This document shows positions 37,969 to 47,133 of a DNA stretch of 64,000 bases, in pieces; the first letter of the stretch is position 1; every line of letters begins with the position of its first letter. The translations under genes and the position numbers were made by a program. The stretch lies in NCBI GenBank assembly GCA_965263035.1, contig OZ253580.1, positions 5,696,001 through 5,760,000 on the forward strand, written 5' to 3'. The DNA is from Acidobacteriota bacterium (GTDB lineage Bacteria > Acidobacteriota > UBA6911 > RPQK01 > JAJDTT01). Under the pieces are notes generated by a model that was not told where the DNA came from, ran no database searches, and saw only the letters and a list, made by a program, of their open reading frames with translations.

Positions 37969-38215
37969 GTGTTTCTCCAAATAGAACGGTGAACGGGCGG
38001 TCGAACTCGATGCCCGCCAACAACGCGGGCACCTACCCCTTTCGTCATCCGGCCGGTGACGTCCACCTGCTGGGCGAGTTCAGTACCTGTGAGACATTCA
38101 GATAGCGAACGGAAGGCTGGCAGGACGATATCGGGGCTCGCGCACGGACCGCTCTTCGGCTGGTCGCCCTGGAATGCTGCAACTGCGAGAGGGAGCGTGC
38201 GGTCGCAGCAGGTGT

Positions 38216-38734
38216 TTAGCCTCCTTTGGCGAGGCGGTGGGTCCCGAAATTGAAGAAGTGGGCCGTTTGCCGTTGCCACCAAGTCACGACAACCTGCTCT
38301 TTCTCATCGGCATAGCCCATCGCCCTTAGCAGGTCATTGTGGCAGAGCACGTCGAGCACTTGCATGACGGGAGGTTCCAAGGCCTCCAGATCCAGTCGTT
38401 CCTGGGTGACGGCCTTGACCGTCTCCTCGGAGGCATCGGCACAGAGCCGCTTTTCGAGCAGTGTGAAGTCCCTGACGAACTGAGCATGTTGGGCTGCCTT
38501 GACGCCAAAGGCGAAGACGAGCTTGAGGCTGGAAACGAGCGCGACCCCTAGTCCCAATCCGAGAGTCCACGACGGACGGTCCTGGACTGCCAGCGCTACC
38601 GTTCCCGAGCCGAGCGCCAGGAGCAGGAAATCGGTCCATCGATTCACGCCTTCGAAGAACGCTTGTCGTCTGGAATGGTAGCGGATCGAACGGCGGACAC
38701 CAAAAAGAAGATCGTGGTACTTCCGGCTGGTCAT
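38216..38734 (-). CDS. Two-TM SLATT-like membrane protein
   Basis: RSIRYHSRR..FF, two adjacent TM helices, KAAQH, EPP..LDVLCHNDL; start may instead be 38752. Confidence 0.6.
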   Translation of the reverse strand: MTSRKYHDLLFGVRRSIRYHSRRQAFFEGVNRWTDFLLLALGSGTVALAVQDRPSWTLGLGLGVALVSSLKLVFAFGVKAAQHAQFVRDFTLLEKRLCADASEETVKAVTQERLDLEALEPPVMQVLDVLCHNDLLRAMGYADEKEQVVVTWWQRQTAHFFNFGTHRLAKGG

Positions 38735-38738
38735 CTCT

Positions 38739-38954
38739 TCACTGTTCCTCATGCTGGCGTTGGGATCGGGGTCCGCTCTTTCCCGAACCCTTGCCACTTC
38801 CAGGTTTCTCCGATGACGGTGGAGACACGGTGTCGCGGACAGCAATAGACTGAGACCGGTTCAAGCCGGTTCCCGTCCGCTTCTTGGAGGTGGCTGACCT
38901 CCTGTTTGGTTGCTGGGAAGATCTCCCCGCCGAGGTTGTCTTCTTGGTGCCCAT
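38739..38954 (-). CDS. Small basic, Ser/Gly/Pro-rich hypothetical protein
   Basis: 71-aa ORF ending 4 bp before the SLATT-like gene. Confidence 0.35.
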   Translation of the reverse strand: MGTKKTTSAGRSSQQPNRRSATSKKRTGTGLNRSQSIAVRDTVSPPSSEKPGSGKGSGKSGPRSQRQHEEQ

Positions 38955-39234
38955 AAGGCTGCATTGATCTTCATTATGTTCGCGGAGGCCAGGACAAATC
39001 CACCCCGTCTCACCCGGCACCCGAACCTGTGCTTGAGTACTCCATATCGACTAAACGATCGTGCGCCCATTTAGACGAGGTTCCATCAGGATTGCGGGTT
39101 CGCCACGGACCGTTTTTGGGCTGCTCGCTCCGGAAGGGCGTTTTCGCGGTTTCTTTGTCCACTCGACACTCCTCGTCTTGCGCATTGACTTTCGGGTCTG
39201 GAAAAATGAACCGCCCAGACGGAAGGTGGCTTTC

Positions 39235-40071
39235 ATGGTCGAGTCTCTATTGCAGCGCTTGGATGAAGACGGATGGCTCCTGCTGGAGGACGCGATTCCG
39301 GCGGACCGCGTGGACGGCGTTCGGCGGAACGTTTTGGACGCCCGGGAACGCTCGCTGGAGACCGAGGAAGCCAAGCTCGTGGCCGGGGACGCCCGGGTCA
39401 CCACCCGAGGCGGGGCCGTGGTGGGACTCATCAACCTGGACCAGTCCATCGCCCCCTATCTGGCGGACCCGAGGGTCCTGGCCATCATCGAGCGGCTCTG
39501 GGGAGACTACACCCGGATCGTCTCCCTCGGCGGGCTGATCAGCGATCCGGGTCATCGCGACCGGGTTTGGCACGCGGACTGGCCCTTCAACCAGACCAAC
39601 GCCGCCCATATCCCCGCACCCTATCCCGACTCGGTCCAGGTCCTGACCGGGATCTTCATGCTCACGCCCTTTACGGCCGAGACGGGAGGCACCTTCGTGG
39701 TGCCGGGAAGCCATCGCTCTCCCGACAACCCCACCGGAGACAACGGCATCGACCGCGGGGCGCCCCATCCCACGGAGGTTCAGGTGACCGGGAAGGCGGG
39801 AAGCCTGCTCCTGTTCGACAGCCGCACCTGGCACTCCGCGGCTCCCGTCCTCAGCCGGGAGGCTCGGGTGGCTGCCGTGGTCCGATACGCCCCCTGGTGG
39901 ATCAACCTGAATCCGGTGCTGCTCGGCACCGACGACCATTCCCGAATCGTGGCCGAGACCAACGGCAAGCCCTACCTGGTGCCGCTGGTCAAACGGGAAG
40001 TTTTCGAGTCCCTGCCTGAAACGGTCCAGCCGCTGTTCCGGCATTGGGTGGACCGCGGAGCGCAACGATAG
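39235..40071 (+). CDS. Phytanoyl-CoA dioxygenase (PhyH) family Fe/2OG oxygenase
   Basis: WHADWP, GGTFVVPGSH, GSLLLFDSRTWH. Confidence 0.9.
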   Translation: MVESLLQRLDEDGWLLLEDAIPADRVDGVRRNVLDARERSLETEEAKLVAGDARVTTRGGAVVGLINLDQSIAPYLADPRVLAIIERLWGDYTRIVSLGGLISDPGHRDRVWHADWPFNQTNAAHIPAPYPDSVQVLTGIFMLTPFTAETGGTFVVPGSHRSPDNPTGDNGIDRGAPHPTEVQVTGKAGSLLLFDSRTWHSAAPVLSREARVAAVVRYAPWWINLNPVLLGTDDHSRIVAETNGKPYLVPLVKREVFESLPETVQPLFRHWVDRGAQR

Positions 40072-40099
40072 GGCGACCGGCCGGGGAGATTCCCGCGAC

Positions 40100-41740
40100 C
40101 TACCAGAAAACGTAGAAAACGAGGGCCAGGGAAACGGCCGTCACCACGCTGGCCCAGAGCAAGGGGCGGGCCCACAACGGCACGGCCCGGCCGTCCGCCT
40201 CGAAGGGCGACTCCACCAGATCGGGCACGCCCTGTCGGGACCGGTCCAGCCAGCCGCCGACCTTTCGATGGGGCAGGGCAGACGCCGGGTCCCGGCCCAG
40301 GACCAGGGAGGTCAGGATCATGGCGCCTGAGGTGGCGATGATGCTCCAGACGTAGGCGGCGAACTTGTCGGTGAACCAGACCGGAAAGAGATCCAGGCCG
40401 GACCCCACCAGCGCCAGGACACCGTAGCCGGAACCGACCGCCAGGCCGATGATCCCGCTCCGCCGGTGGGCTCGCGTGAAGACCCCCATCAGGTAGACGG
40501 TCATCAGGGGAATGACGAACACGCTGGTGACGCGAATGAAGAAACCGGCGATGTTCTCGAAGCGGAGAATGAAGGGAATGTAGGCGAAGGAGGCGGCCAC
40601 GACGAAAGGGGTCACCCAGCGGCTGACGCGGAAATAGTGGCTGTCTTCCCGGTCCCGGACGAAGAGGCGGGCGTAGATGTCCCGGGTGAAGAGGGCGGCC
40701 AGTGCCGAGCCGATCCCTTCATAGGTCGTGATCGCAGCCGCAATCACTCCGGCCACCACGATTCCCTTCAGCCCCGGTCCCAGGAATTCGTTCACGAGGA
40801 GCGGGTAGATCTGATCGGGCCTTTGCAGGGTCTCGGGCCAGACGGCCCGGCCCAGGATCCCCAGGGTCCCGTTGAAATACATCAGGACTATGGTCATCCC
40901 CGAGGCCAGGAGAACGGACATCTTCACGTCCCATAGCGACCGGGCGCCGAACAGCTTCATGGTCTCGCTGTGATTCACGATGGGGTACGCGGCTCCGATG
41001 ATGAGCCACGCCGCGGTCACCACCAGAGGGTCGGGGCTACCTGGCCGCGAGACGCCGATATGCAGCAGATAGCCGGGCAGGTCGGCTCCCCCCTTGAGGG
41101 TCAGCTTCTCCATGGCGCCCGACCAGCCGCCGGCGGCGTCCCAGAGCACGGTCCACAAGACCAGGACACCCGTGACCATGGCCACCGTCAGGAGCGCGTC
41201 GACCCAGGCGATGGTCTTGAGTCCTCCCCGGGCCGAGTAGAGGGTGGCCATGGCCGCAAACGCCGCCACGGCGATCCAGGCCCAGAACTCGTCGAGACCC
41301 ATGACCAGCGTGAGAGTAAGCTGGAGGGAGATGGCGATTCCCGCCAGGATGTTGGTCCGGTACTGAAACTGCACCAGGGCGCTGACCACCCGGGCCGCCG
41401 GTCCGAATCGATACTCCAGGTACTCGGCGTTGGTGAACAACCCGGCGCGGTACATGGGAGGCAATACGAAGAAGGCCGCGATGGTGTATCCCGTCACCAC
41501 TCCCAGCCACCAGGTCGTGAGGACGGAGATGCCCTCGACGTAGGTCATCCCGTTGACCCCCACGATGTCCCCGCTGTCGACGGAGGTGGCGAAAAGCGAG
41601 ATGGCCACGATCCAGAAGGGGAGACTGCGGCCGCCCAGAAACCAGTCCAGGTTCGTCTTGGTGTCGCGGGAACGCACCAGGCCGTAGCCGAAGACCAAGA
41701 GGTTGAGGCCCAGGACGATGACCCAGTCTATGGTGGACAT
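40100..41740 (-). CDS. Sodium:solute symporter family transporter
   Basis: WFLGGRSLP, EYLEYRFG, GGLKTIAWVD, GLKGIVVAGVIAA. Confidence 0.9.
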   Translation of the reverse strand: MSTIDWVIVLGLNLLVFGYGLVRSRDTKTNLDWFLGGRSLPFWIVAISLFATSVDSGDIVGVNGMTYVEGISVLTTWWLGVVTGYTIAAFFVLPPMYRAGLFTNAEYLEYRFGPAARVVSALVQFQYRTNILAGIAISLQLTLTLVMGLDEFWAWIAVAAFAAMATLYSARGGLKTIAWVDALLTVAMVTGVLVLWTVLWDAAGGWSGAMEKLTLKGGADLPGYLLHIGVSRPGSPDPLVVTAAWLIIGAAYPIVNHSETMKLFGARSLWDVKMSVLLASGMTIVLMYFNGTLGILGRAVWPETLQRPDQIYPLLVNEFLGPGLKGIVVAGVIAAAITTYEGIGSALAALFTRDIYARLFVRDREDSHYFRVSRWVTPFVVAASFAYIPFILRFENIAGFFIRVTSVFVIPLMTVYLMGVFTRAHRRSGIIGLAVGSGYGVLALVGSGLDLFPVWFTDKFAAYVWSIIATSGAMILTSLVLGRDPASALPHRKVGGWLDRSRQGVPDLVESPFEADGRAVPLWARPLLWASVVTAVSLALVFYVFW

Positions 41741-41779
41741 CTCGATTCAGCGCCTACTCACTGCGGGCGTCCGCCGGTT

Positions 41780-42892
41780 TCAGAGTGCCGGCCGGCTGCG
41801 CTCCGCGTACCCGGTCAATTCCACGTATCCCTGTCCCAGCCGGACGCCCCTCGAGGTTTCGACTCTCACCGGGCCCTCCCAGTAGGCGAGCCCAGGCAGA
41901 AGCCGGCTCACGTTCTCGGAATCGGGAACTTCCGGCGTCACCACCATCTCCAGGCTTTCACCCGGGACCCGCACCCGCCACCCGGCGGGATAGCGGGCGC
42001 CGGTGTGGGGGCTGGTCCAGGCGGCGCTGGAGCGGACCGACCACTCGTCAGCTTCCAGATATCGGGTTCTTCCATCTTCTGAAATCAGCGTCCCGTGGGC
42101 GAAATCCACCTGGTTGTCCAGATCCCTCAGGACGTAGAGCATCAGATCGCGGCCGTCCGCCAATTGTAGACTGAACCAGTCCCATCCCACCTGACGGGCT
42201 CCCAACTGTTGGGAGCCGAACTCCTTGTCCATCCAGGAGACGCCCTCCACCTCCAGTTCATCGCTGCCGACGGATACGCGGCCGCGGGTCGCCATCCGGG
42301 TGAAGCTATAGTACTGGCTCGCGGCGCCATCGGCTCCCCCCTTGATGCTGTAGCCGTTGGGACCCTGAAAAATCGGGCCCATGGTCCCGTGGGTCGTGAG
42401 ACGGAAGGAGAAGTCCTGGCTCTCGTCCGAGGCGGCGAGGTCAAAGCCCTCGCCGTTCCAGTGCAGACTCCAGCGGCCGGAACTGCCGGCGGGAGCCCGG
42501 CTCCAGGCGATGAGAGACCCCGAACCGTCCCCGAATTCTCCCAGCAGCGGCATGGCTCGATAGAGAATTTCGGAGAAGAGATGCCGCTTGCCCTTCAGAT
42601 CGGTCACGGCCGCGTGCCCCATGATGACGTCCCGGGCTGTCCAAGTGGAGTCCAACGGCGGCGGCGAGGGCTGCAGCCCGACCCGGAAGAAGGTGAACTG
42701 GTAGCCGAACCGGCGCGGGACCTCCTCCCGAGTCTCCAGGTGTCCTGTGAAATACCACCATTCGGTGCGGTAGCCGGTTCTGGCCCAGTGATCCTGGGGG
42801 AAGGACCAGGCGTAGTCGGGGCGGGCCGGCTTCCAATCGAGGGCCTCTCCCAGCAACAGCAGCAGGACCAAGGCTCCGGTGTAGAACGGCAT
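41780..42892 (-). CDS. AttH/CrtC-like lipocalin-fold secreted protein
   Basis: FPQDH..EWWYFTGHL, WMDKEF, GWDWFSLQL, YWEG, GYVELTGY. Confidence 0.88.
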   Translation of the reverse strand: MPFYTGALVLLLLLGEALDWKPARPDYAWSFPQDHWARTGYRTEWWYFTGHLETREEVPRRFGYQFTFFRVGLQPSPPPLDSTWTARDVIMGHAAVTDLKGKRHLFSEILYRAMPLLGEFGDGSGSLIAWSRAPAGSSGRWSLHWNGEGFDLAASDESQDFSFRLTTHGTMGPIFQGPNGYSIKGGADGAASQYYSFTRMATRGRVSVGSDELEVEGVSWMDKEFGSQQLGARQVGWDWFSLQLADGRDLMLYVLRDLDNQVDFAHGTLISEDGRTRYLEADEWSVRSSAAWTSPHTGARYPAGWRVRVPGESLEMVVTPEVPDSENVSRLLPGLAYWEGPVRVETSRGVRLGQGYVELTGYAERSRPAL

Positions 42893-42897
42893 TTCGG

Positions 42898-45420
42898 CTA
42901 AAGATCCTCTCGGCTGAGCTGAGTCGCGGGGGTTCGGCTGGCCGCCAGCGCCGGATACAGGCTCGCCAGCACCGCCGCCGCCAGGATGGTCGCCGCTTGG
43001 GCCAGGACGGTTCCCCAGGGCCAGTGGACCTGGATGGTCCACCCGAAGTAGGCGCGATTGATGACGAAGACCAGAATGGCCGCCAGGATGACTCCACCAC
43101 CGAGACCGAGGGCGAGACCGGTGACTCCCATCCCCAGCCCCTTGCCCACGAAGATTCGAAAGAGCTGAGACCGCCGGGCGCCGAGGGACCGGTAGAGGGC
43201 GAGCTCGGCCGACTCTTCCCGGGCCAGCACCAACAACGTCAAGATGATGCCCGCGACGGCGATCAGCAGGCTCGTCCCCTGCAGAAGACGGGTGACGGCA
43301 AAGGTCTGATCGAAGATCTCCATCACCTCCTGGCGCAGCTTCCGGTTGCTTCGAAACAGAAGAGAGTCTCCTGCGTGTTCTGCCTTGAGACGGTCAATGG
43401 TTTGGCCGGTGTCGGCGCCGGGCCTCAGATAGAGAGCTGCACTGTGGACGGGCCCCGGACCGAAGAGTTTCTCCATAGTCTCCAGGCCGACCACTGCCAG
43501 CCCCGTTCCGGGCTGATAGTCGTAGTAGATGCCGGCAATGGGAACCTGCGCGTCGCCGGTTGGCGTGACCAGAGGGAGACGCTCCCCCGGCTCCAGACCG
43601 CGCCGCCGGGCCAGAGTTTCCCCCACCAGTGCCGCGCCCTCTTCCCGGAACTGCCGGTAGACGGCGTCCGGATCCCCTCCCGTAAGAGGAAATCGAGCCT
43701 CTCCCCCGGGAAGGCCGGTCTCCACCCCGGCCAGAAAGATGCGCTCGCTCCCGGACTGGACCGTCAGCCTCCGGTAGCGGTCGAAGGCCACGACGTCCTC
43801 TGAGCGGACCAATTCGGAAACCAGCGCCGGGCTCAGGGCAGTCTCGTCGCCTCTCCCCCTCCAGGACTCGGTCTTGACGTAGATATCGGCCTGGACCGAG
43901 GTCTGAAGCCAGACTTCCAGCGTCTTCCGGAAGCTGCTGGTCTTGAGGGTCACACCGACCATCATGCTGACCGCGATGGCGAGCGAGGAGGCCGTGAAGA
44001 CGGTGGTGGTCCAGCGCCCCGCCAGGGATCGGAACCCGTACCCCACGCCGAGCCCGGACAGGGGCAGCAGCGACGCCGCCCGGACCAGGAGGGGGGTGAA
44101 CAGCGGGATGGCCACCAACAGAGCGATCCCGAGAACGAATCCGGCCGGTCGCCAGTCCGCGGCGAATTGGTACCAGACCGCCGCCAGTGCCAGAATCCCG
44201 GTCCCCGCCAGCGCCAGGGGAATCGCCGACGTGCGCACCTTTTGCTGCAGGAGACGGGAGGAGAGCAGCGACCTGGGAGGGGAGAGGCAGAGGTCCAGGG
44301 CAGGGAGCAGGGTCCCGGCCAGCGCGGCGCCCATGCCGGCCGCGGCGCCCGCCAGGTAGACCCACGGGGGAACTTGGAGAGTGGTGATCTCGTTCAGGAG
44401 ATAGACCTGCGTCAGGGTGGCGCTGACGGCGTCCACGTTGGCTCTGGCGGCCCAGTAGCCCAACCCGGTTCCCAGGACCACTCCCAGCGCTCCCACCAGG
44501 GCCGCCTCGAAGGCGATGAGTCCCAACATCTGCGCCCGCGTCGCGCCCACGGACCGGAGCACTCCGAATTCGCGCCTCCGTCGCACCAGCAGTGCTTGGG
44601 AGCTGGTGTAGACGACGAAGCTGCCGACGAAGAGGCTGATCAGGCTCAGAGCCGTCAGGTTCAGGCGGAATGCGCTCAGGAGGCCGGCCGCCTCGTCCTC
44701 TCTCTGCGTCGGAGTCAGCACTTCCACCGAAGGACCCAGGCGCCTTTCCAGAAGCGTCTTGAGACCCGCGCGATCTTCAGCCTCCGCCTCGACATGGATC
44801 TCGTGCAACTCGCCCGGCCGGCCCAGCAGGCCCTGGACCTGGGAGATGTCCATGACCGCCAGCTTGGCTCCGGCCAGGGTCGTGACTCGAGCGAAGTCCA
44901 CCAGGGCGCCGATGACCAGGCGGGCCTCCCGCGGGCCGCAGGAAACCTGGATCGACTCTCCCACCGACCAGCCCTGGGCCCGGGCCAGTTCGGGAGTCAC
45001 GGCCATCCAACCGGGTTGGGTCAATGCCTCGGACGCCTTCTCCCGGCCCAGCAGCTTCAGACTGTCCCGCGAAGCCGGAGCAAGGAGATCGATGCCCATC
45101 ACCTCCAGGAGCAAGGAATCCGATCCCTTGACCGCCACATCCAGCCGGTAGACGGGCCAGGCTCCCCGGACGCCCCGGGTGCCGAGCACTTCGGGAAAGA
45201 GGCTCTCCCGCAGGGTCTGGTTCATGCCCCGAACGGTGAGGTCCGCTTCCGACCCCACGGCCCGAAGGGCTCCCCGGAACGCGGCCACGGCGCTCAGGTT
45301 GATGATCTGGACCGAGAGGACCGAGGCGACGCCCAGGGCGACGCCGAAGACCGTCAAGGCATAGAGCGACCGGCCCGACCGGAGGCGCGTCTTGAACGTC
45401 TGCAGCAGGTAGCGCCTCAT
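42898..45420 (-). CDS. ABC transporter permease, FtsX/MacB-like double repeat
   Basis: GVALGVASV, RRREFGVLRSVGA, ELALYRSLGA, INRAYFGWTI. Confidence 0.9.
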   Translation of the reverse strand: MRRYLLQTFKTRLRSGRSLYALTVFGVALGVASVLSVQIINLSAVAAFRGALRAVGSEADLTVRGMNQTLRESLFPEVLGTRGVRGAWPVYRLDVAVKGSDSLLLEVMGIDLLAPASRDSLKLLGREKASEALTQPGWMAVTPELARAQGWSVGESIQVSCGPREARLVIGALVDFARVTTLAGAKLAVMDISQVQGLLGRPGELHEIHVEAEAEDRAGLKTLLERRLGPSVEVLTPTQREDEAAGLLSAFRLNLTALSLISLFVGSFVVYTSSQALLVRRRREFGVLRSVGATRAQMLGLIAFEAALVGALGVVLGTGLGYWAARANVDAVSATLTQVYLLNEITTLQVPPWVYLAGAAAGMGAALAGTLLPALDLCLSPPRSLLSSRLLQQKVRTSAIPLALAGTGILALAAVWYQFAADWRPAGFVLGIALLVAIPLFTPLLVRAASLLPLSGLGVGYGFRSLAGRWTTTVFTASSLAIAVSMMVGVTLKTSSFRKTLEVWLQTSVQADIYVKTESWRGRGDETALSPALVSELVRSEDVVAFDRYRRLTVQSGSERIFLAGVETGLPGGEARFPLTGGDPDAVYRQFREEGAALVGETLARRRGLEPGERLPLVTPTGDAQVPIAGIYYDYQPGTGLAVVGLETMEKLFGPGPVHSAALYLRPGADTGQTIDRLKAEHAGDSLLFRSNRKLRQEVMEIFDQTFAVTRLLQGTSLLIAVAGIILTLLVLAREESAELALYRSLGARRSQLFRIFVGKGLGMGVTGLALGLGGGVILAAILVFVINRAYFGWTIQVHWPWGTVLAQAATILAAAVLASLYPALAASRTPATQLSREDL

Positions 45421-46097
45421 GCGGCGTCCAGGACTCCGCTGTGGATCCGCCAAACATCGTCGGCCAGCCCCGCCAGCTCCCGGCTGTGGGTGACGTAGAC
45501 CAGAGTGGCGCTCTCCTGGGCCACCAGCTCCAGCATCAGCTCCAGGACGAGCCACGAGTTCTCGTCGTCCAGGTTCCCCGTGGGCTCATCCGCCAGGATC
45601 AGCTGCGGACGTTGCAGGAGAGCCCGGCAGATGGCGACCCGCTGCATCTCTCCGCCGCTCAGGTTGCTGACCGGATCCGCGGCGCGATCGGCCAGGCCGA
45701 CCCGTTCCAACAGCCGCAGGACCCGGGGTTCGAAGTCACGTTGTTTCCCGCCGGCCACCAATGCCGGGAGTCCCACGTTCTCTTTGACCGAAAGGTGGGG
45801 CAGGAGATGGAAGAACTGGAAGACGAGTCCGATCTCGTTTCTTCTCAGCAGCGTCCGTTCCCGGTCCGAGAAGCGGGACAGGTCGTTTCCCAGAATCTCG
45901 ACCCGGCCGTGGGTCGGAAGGTCGATTCCGGCAGCCAGATGAAGGAGGGTGGACTTGCCGCTGCCGCTTCGGCCCACGATGGCGACGCGGCGACCCGGCG
46001 CCACCTGAAAGGAGACGTCGTGAAGGGCCGTCAGCCCCCCTCCGGCCGATTCCTCATAGGTCTTCGAGACGTGTGAAAACTCCAGGATGGGATTCAT
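45417..46097 (-). CDS. ABC transporter ATP-binding protein (LolD-like)
   Basis: GRSGSGKST, LSGGEMQRVA, LADEPTGNLD. Confidence 0.93.
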   Translation of the reverse strand: MNPILEFSHVSKTYEESAGGGLTALHDVSFQVAPGRRVAIVGRSGSGKSTLLHLAAGIDLPTHGRVEILGNDLSRFSDRERTLLRRNEIGLVFQFFHLLPHLSVKENVGLPALVAGGKQRDFEPRVLRLLERVGLADRAADPVSNLSGGEMQRVAICRALLQRPQLILADEPTGNLDDENSWLVLELMLELVAQESATLVYVTHSRELAGLADDVWRIHSGVLDAA

Positions 46098-46336
46098 CTC
46101 AATAGAACAGGTTAGGGGGAACGGCGGAATGAATTCAACAGATTCCGGAGGATTTGCTTGCACCCGAAGGTTTACGGGAAGAGTTGTCCGGTGGGGACAG
46201 GCGGTGGGGCCGGGGTCTCGAACAAACTATATTTCGATATAATTATTAGCGTATTTATGGACGATTTCCGGCCCAATTCAGAAGTTGAATTTCATTATCA
46301 TATAATTACGTCATGAACGTGAAAGTCATTATCAAT

Positions 46337-46355
46337 GATATTGATAATCAATATC
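46337..46355. promoter_or_regulatory. Fur box
   Basis: GATATTGATAATCAATATC: 9-1-9 palindrome, 17/19 match to GATAATGATAATCATTATC, upstream of ferritin. Confidence 0.8.
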
Positions 46356-46429
46356 TTCGGAAGTGAAATCCAATATCATTGAAATTGATTTTCTATTTCA
46401 TTAAGTCGTTTAAATACTATGATTTACAT

Positions 46430-46459
46430 TTGACATTCCAGACAATATATATGTATATT
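46430..46459 (+). promoter_or_regulatory. Sigma70-type promoter of ferritin
   Basis: TTGACA-18 bp-TATATT. Confidence 0.6.
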
Positions 46460-46524
46460 TATCCTCGGACAGTCAAAACGCCGGGCCCGGAATGGAAACG
46501 GCTACGAACACGGAGGAGTCAAAT

Positions 46525-47010
46525 ATGAACGGGAAAATAAATCAAGCCTTGAATAATCAGATTCACATGGAGTTTGAATCCTCCTACCTCTACCTGGCCC
46601 TGTCGGCCTACTACGACTCGAACGACCTGCCCGGATTCGCGCACTGGATGAGAGCGCAGAGCCGGGAGGAGTACGGGCACGCCATGAGGTTGTTCGACTA
46701 CCTCCTGACTCGTGGCGCGAAGGTCGATCTGGATGCCCTCGCCAAACCCGCCGATGGGTTCACCTCCCCGGTGAGGGCCTTCGATCGAGTCCTCAAGCAT
46801 GAAACACGCGTCACCCAGTCCATCCACAAACTCTATATGCTCGCCCTGGACGAGGGCGATCTGGCCACCGGAGTGGAGCTCCAGTGGTTCATCCAGGAGC
46901 AGGTCGAGGAAGAAAAATCGGCCTCCGAGGTCGCGGCTCGACTGCGCTGGGGCGGAGGCGAGCCCATGGGCTTGCTGATGGTGGACCGCGAACTGGCCAA
47001 ACGGAATTAA
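46525..47010 (+). CDS. ftnA: Non-heme ferritin
   Basis: GGAGG SD; EFESSYLY, EEYGHA, HE, LQWFIQEQVEEE ferroxidase residues. Confidence 0.92.
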   Translation: MNGKINQALNNQIHMEFESSYLYLALSAYYDSNDLPGFAHWMRAQSREEYGHAMRLFDYLLTRGAKVDLDALAKPADGFTSPVRAFDRVLKHETRVTQSIHKLYMLALDEGDLATGVELQWFIQEQVEEEKSASEVAARLRWGGGEPMGLLMVDRELAKRN

Positions 47011-47051
47011 CCCGGAATTTACCCGCAGGCGGTGATCCCTCCTGCAACGAC

Positions 47052-47084
47052 TCCCAAGGGACCTCGAACCGGGGTTCCTTGGGA
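47052..47084 (+). terminator. Stem-loop after ferritin
   Basis: TCCCAAGGGACCTCG..CGGGGTTCCTTGGGA; no clear U-tract. Confidence 0.4.
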
Positions 47085-47133
47085 CGGCGATTCTTGACAC
47101 TTTCGGCGCGCGCTTGGTAGCTTCGGGCGCCTC

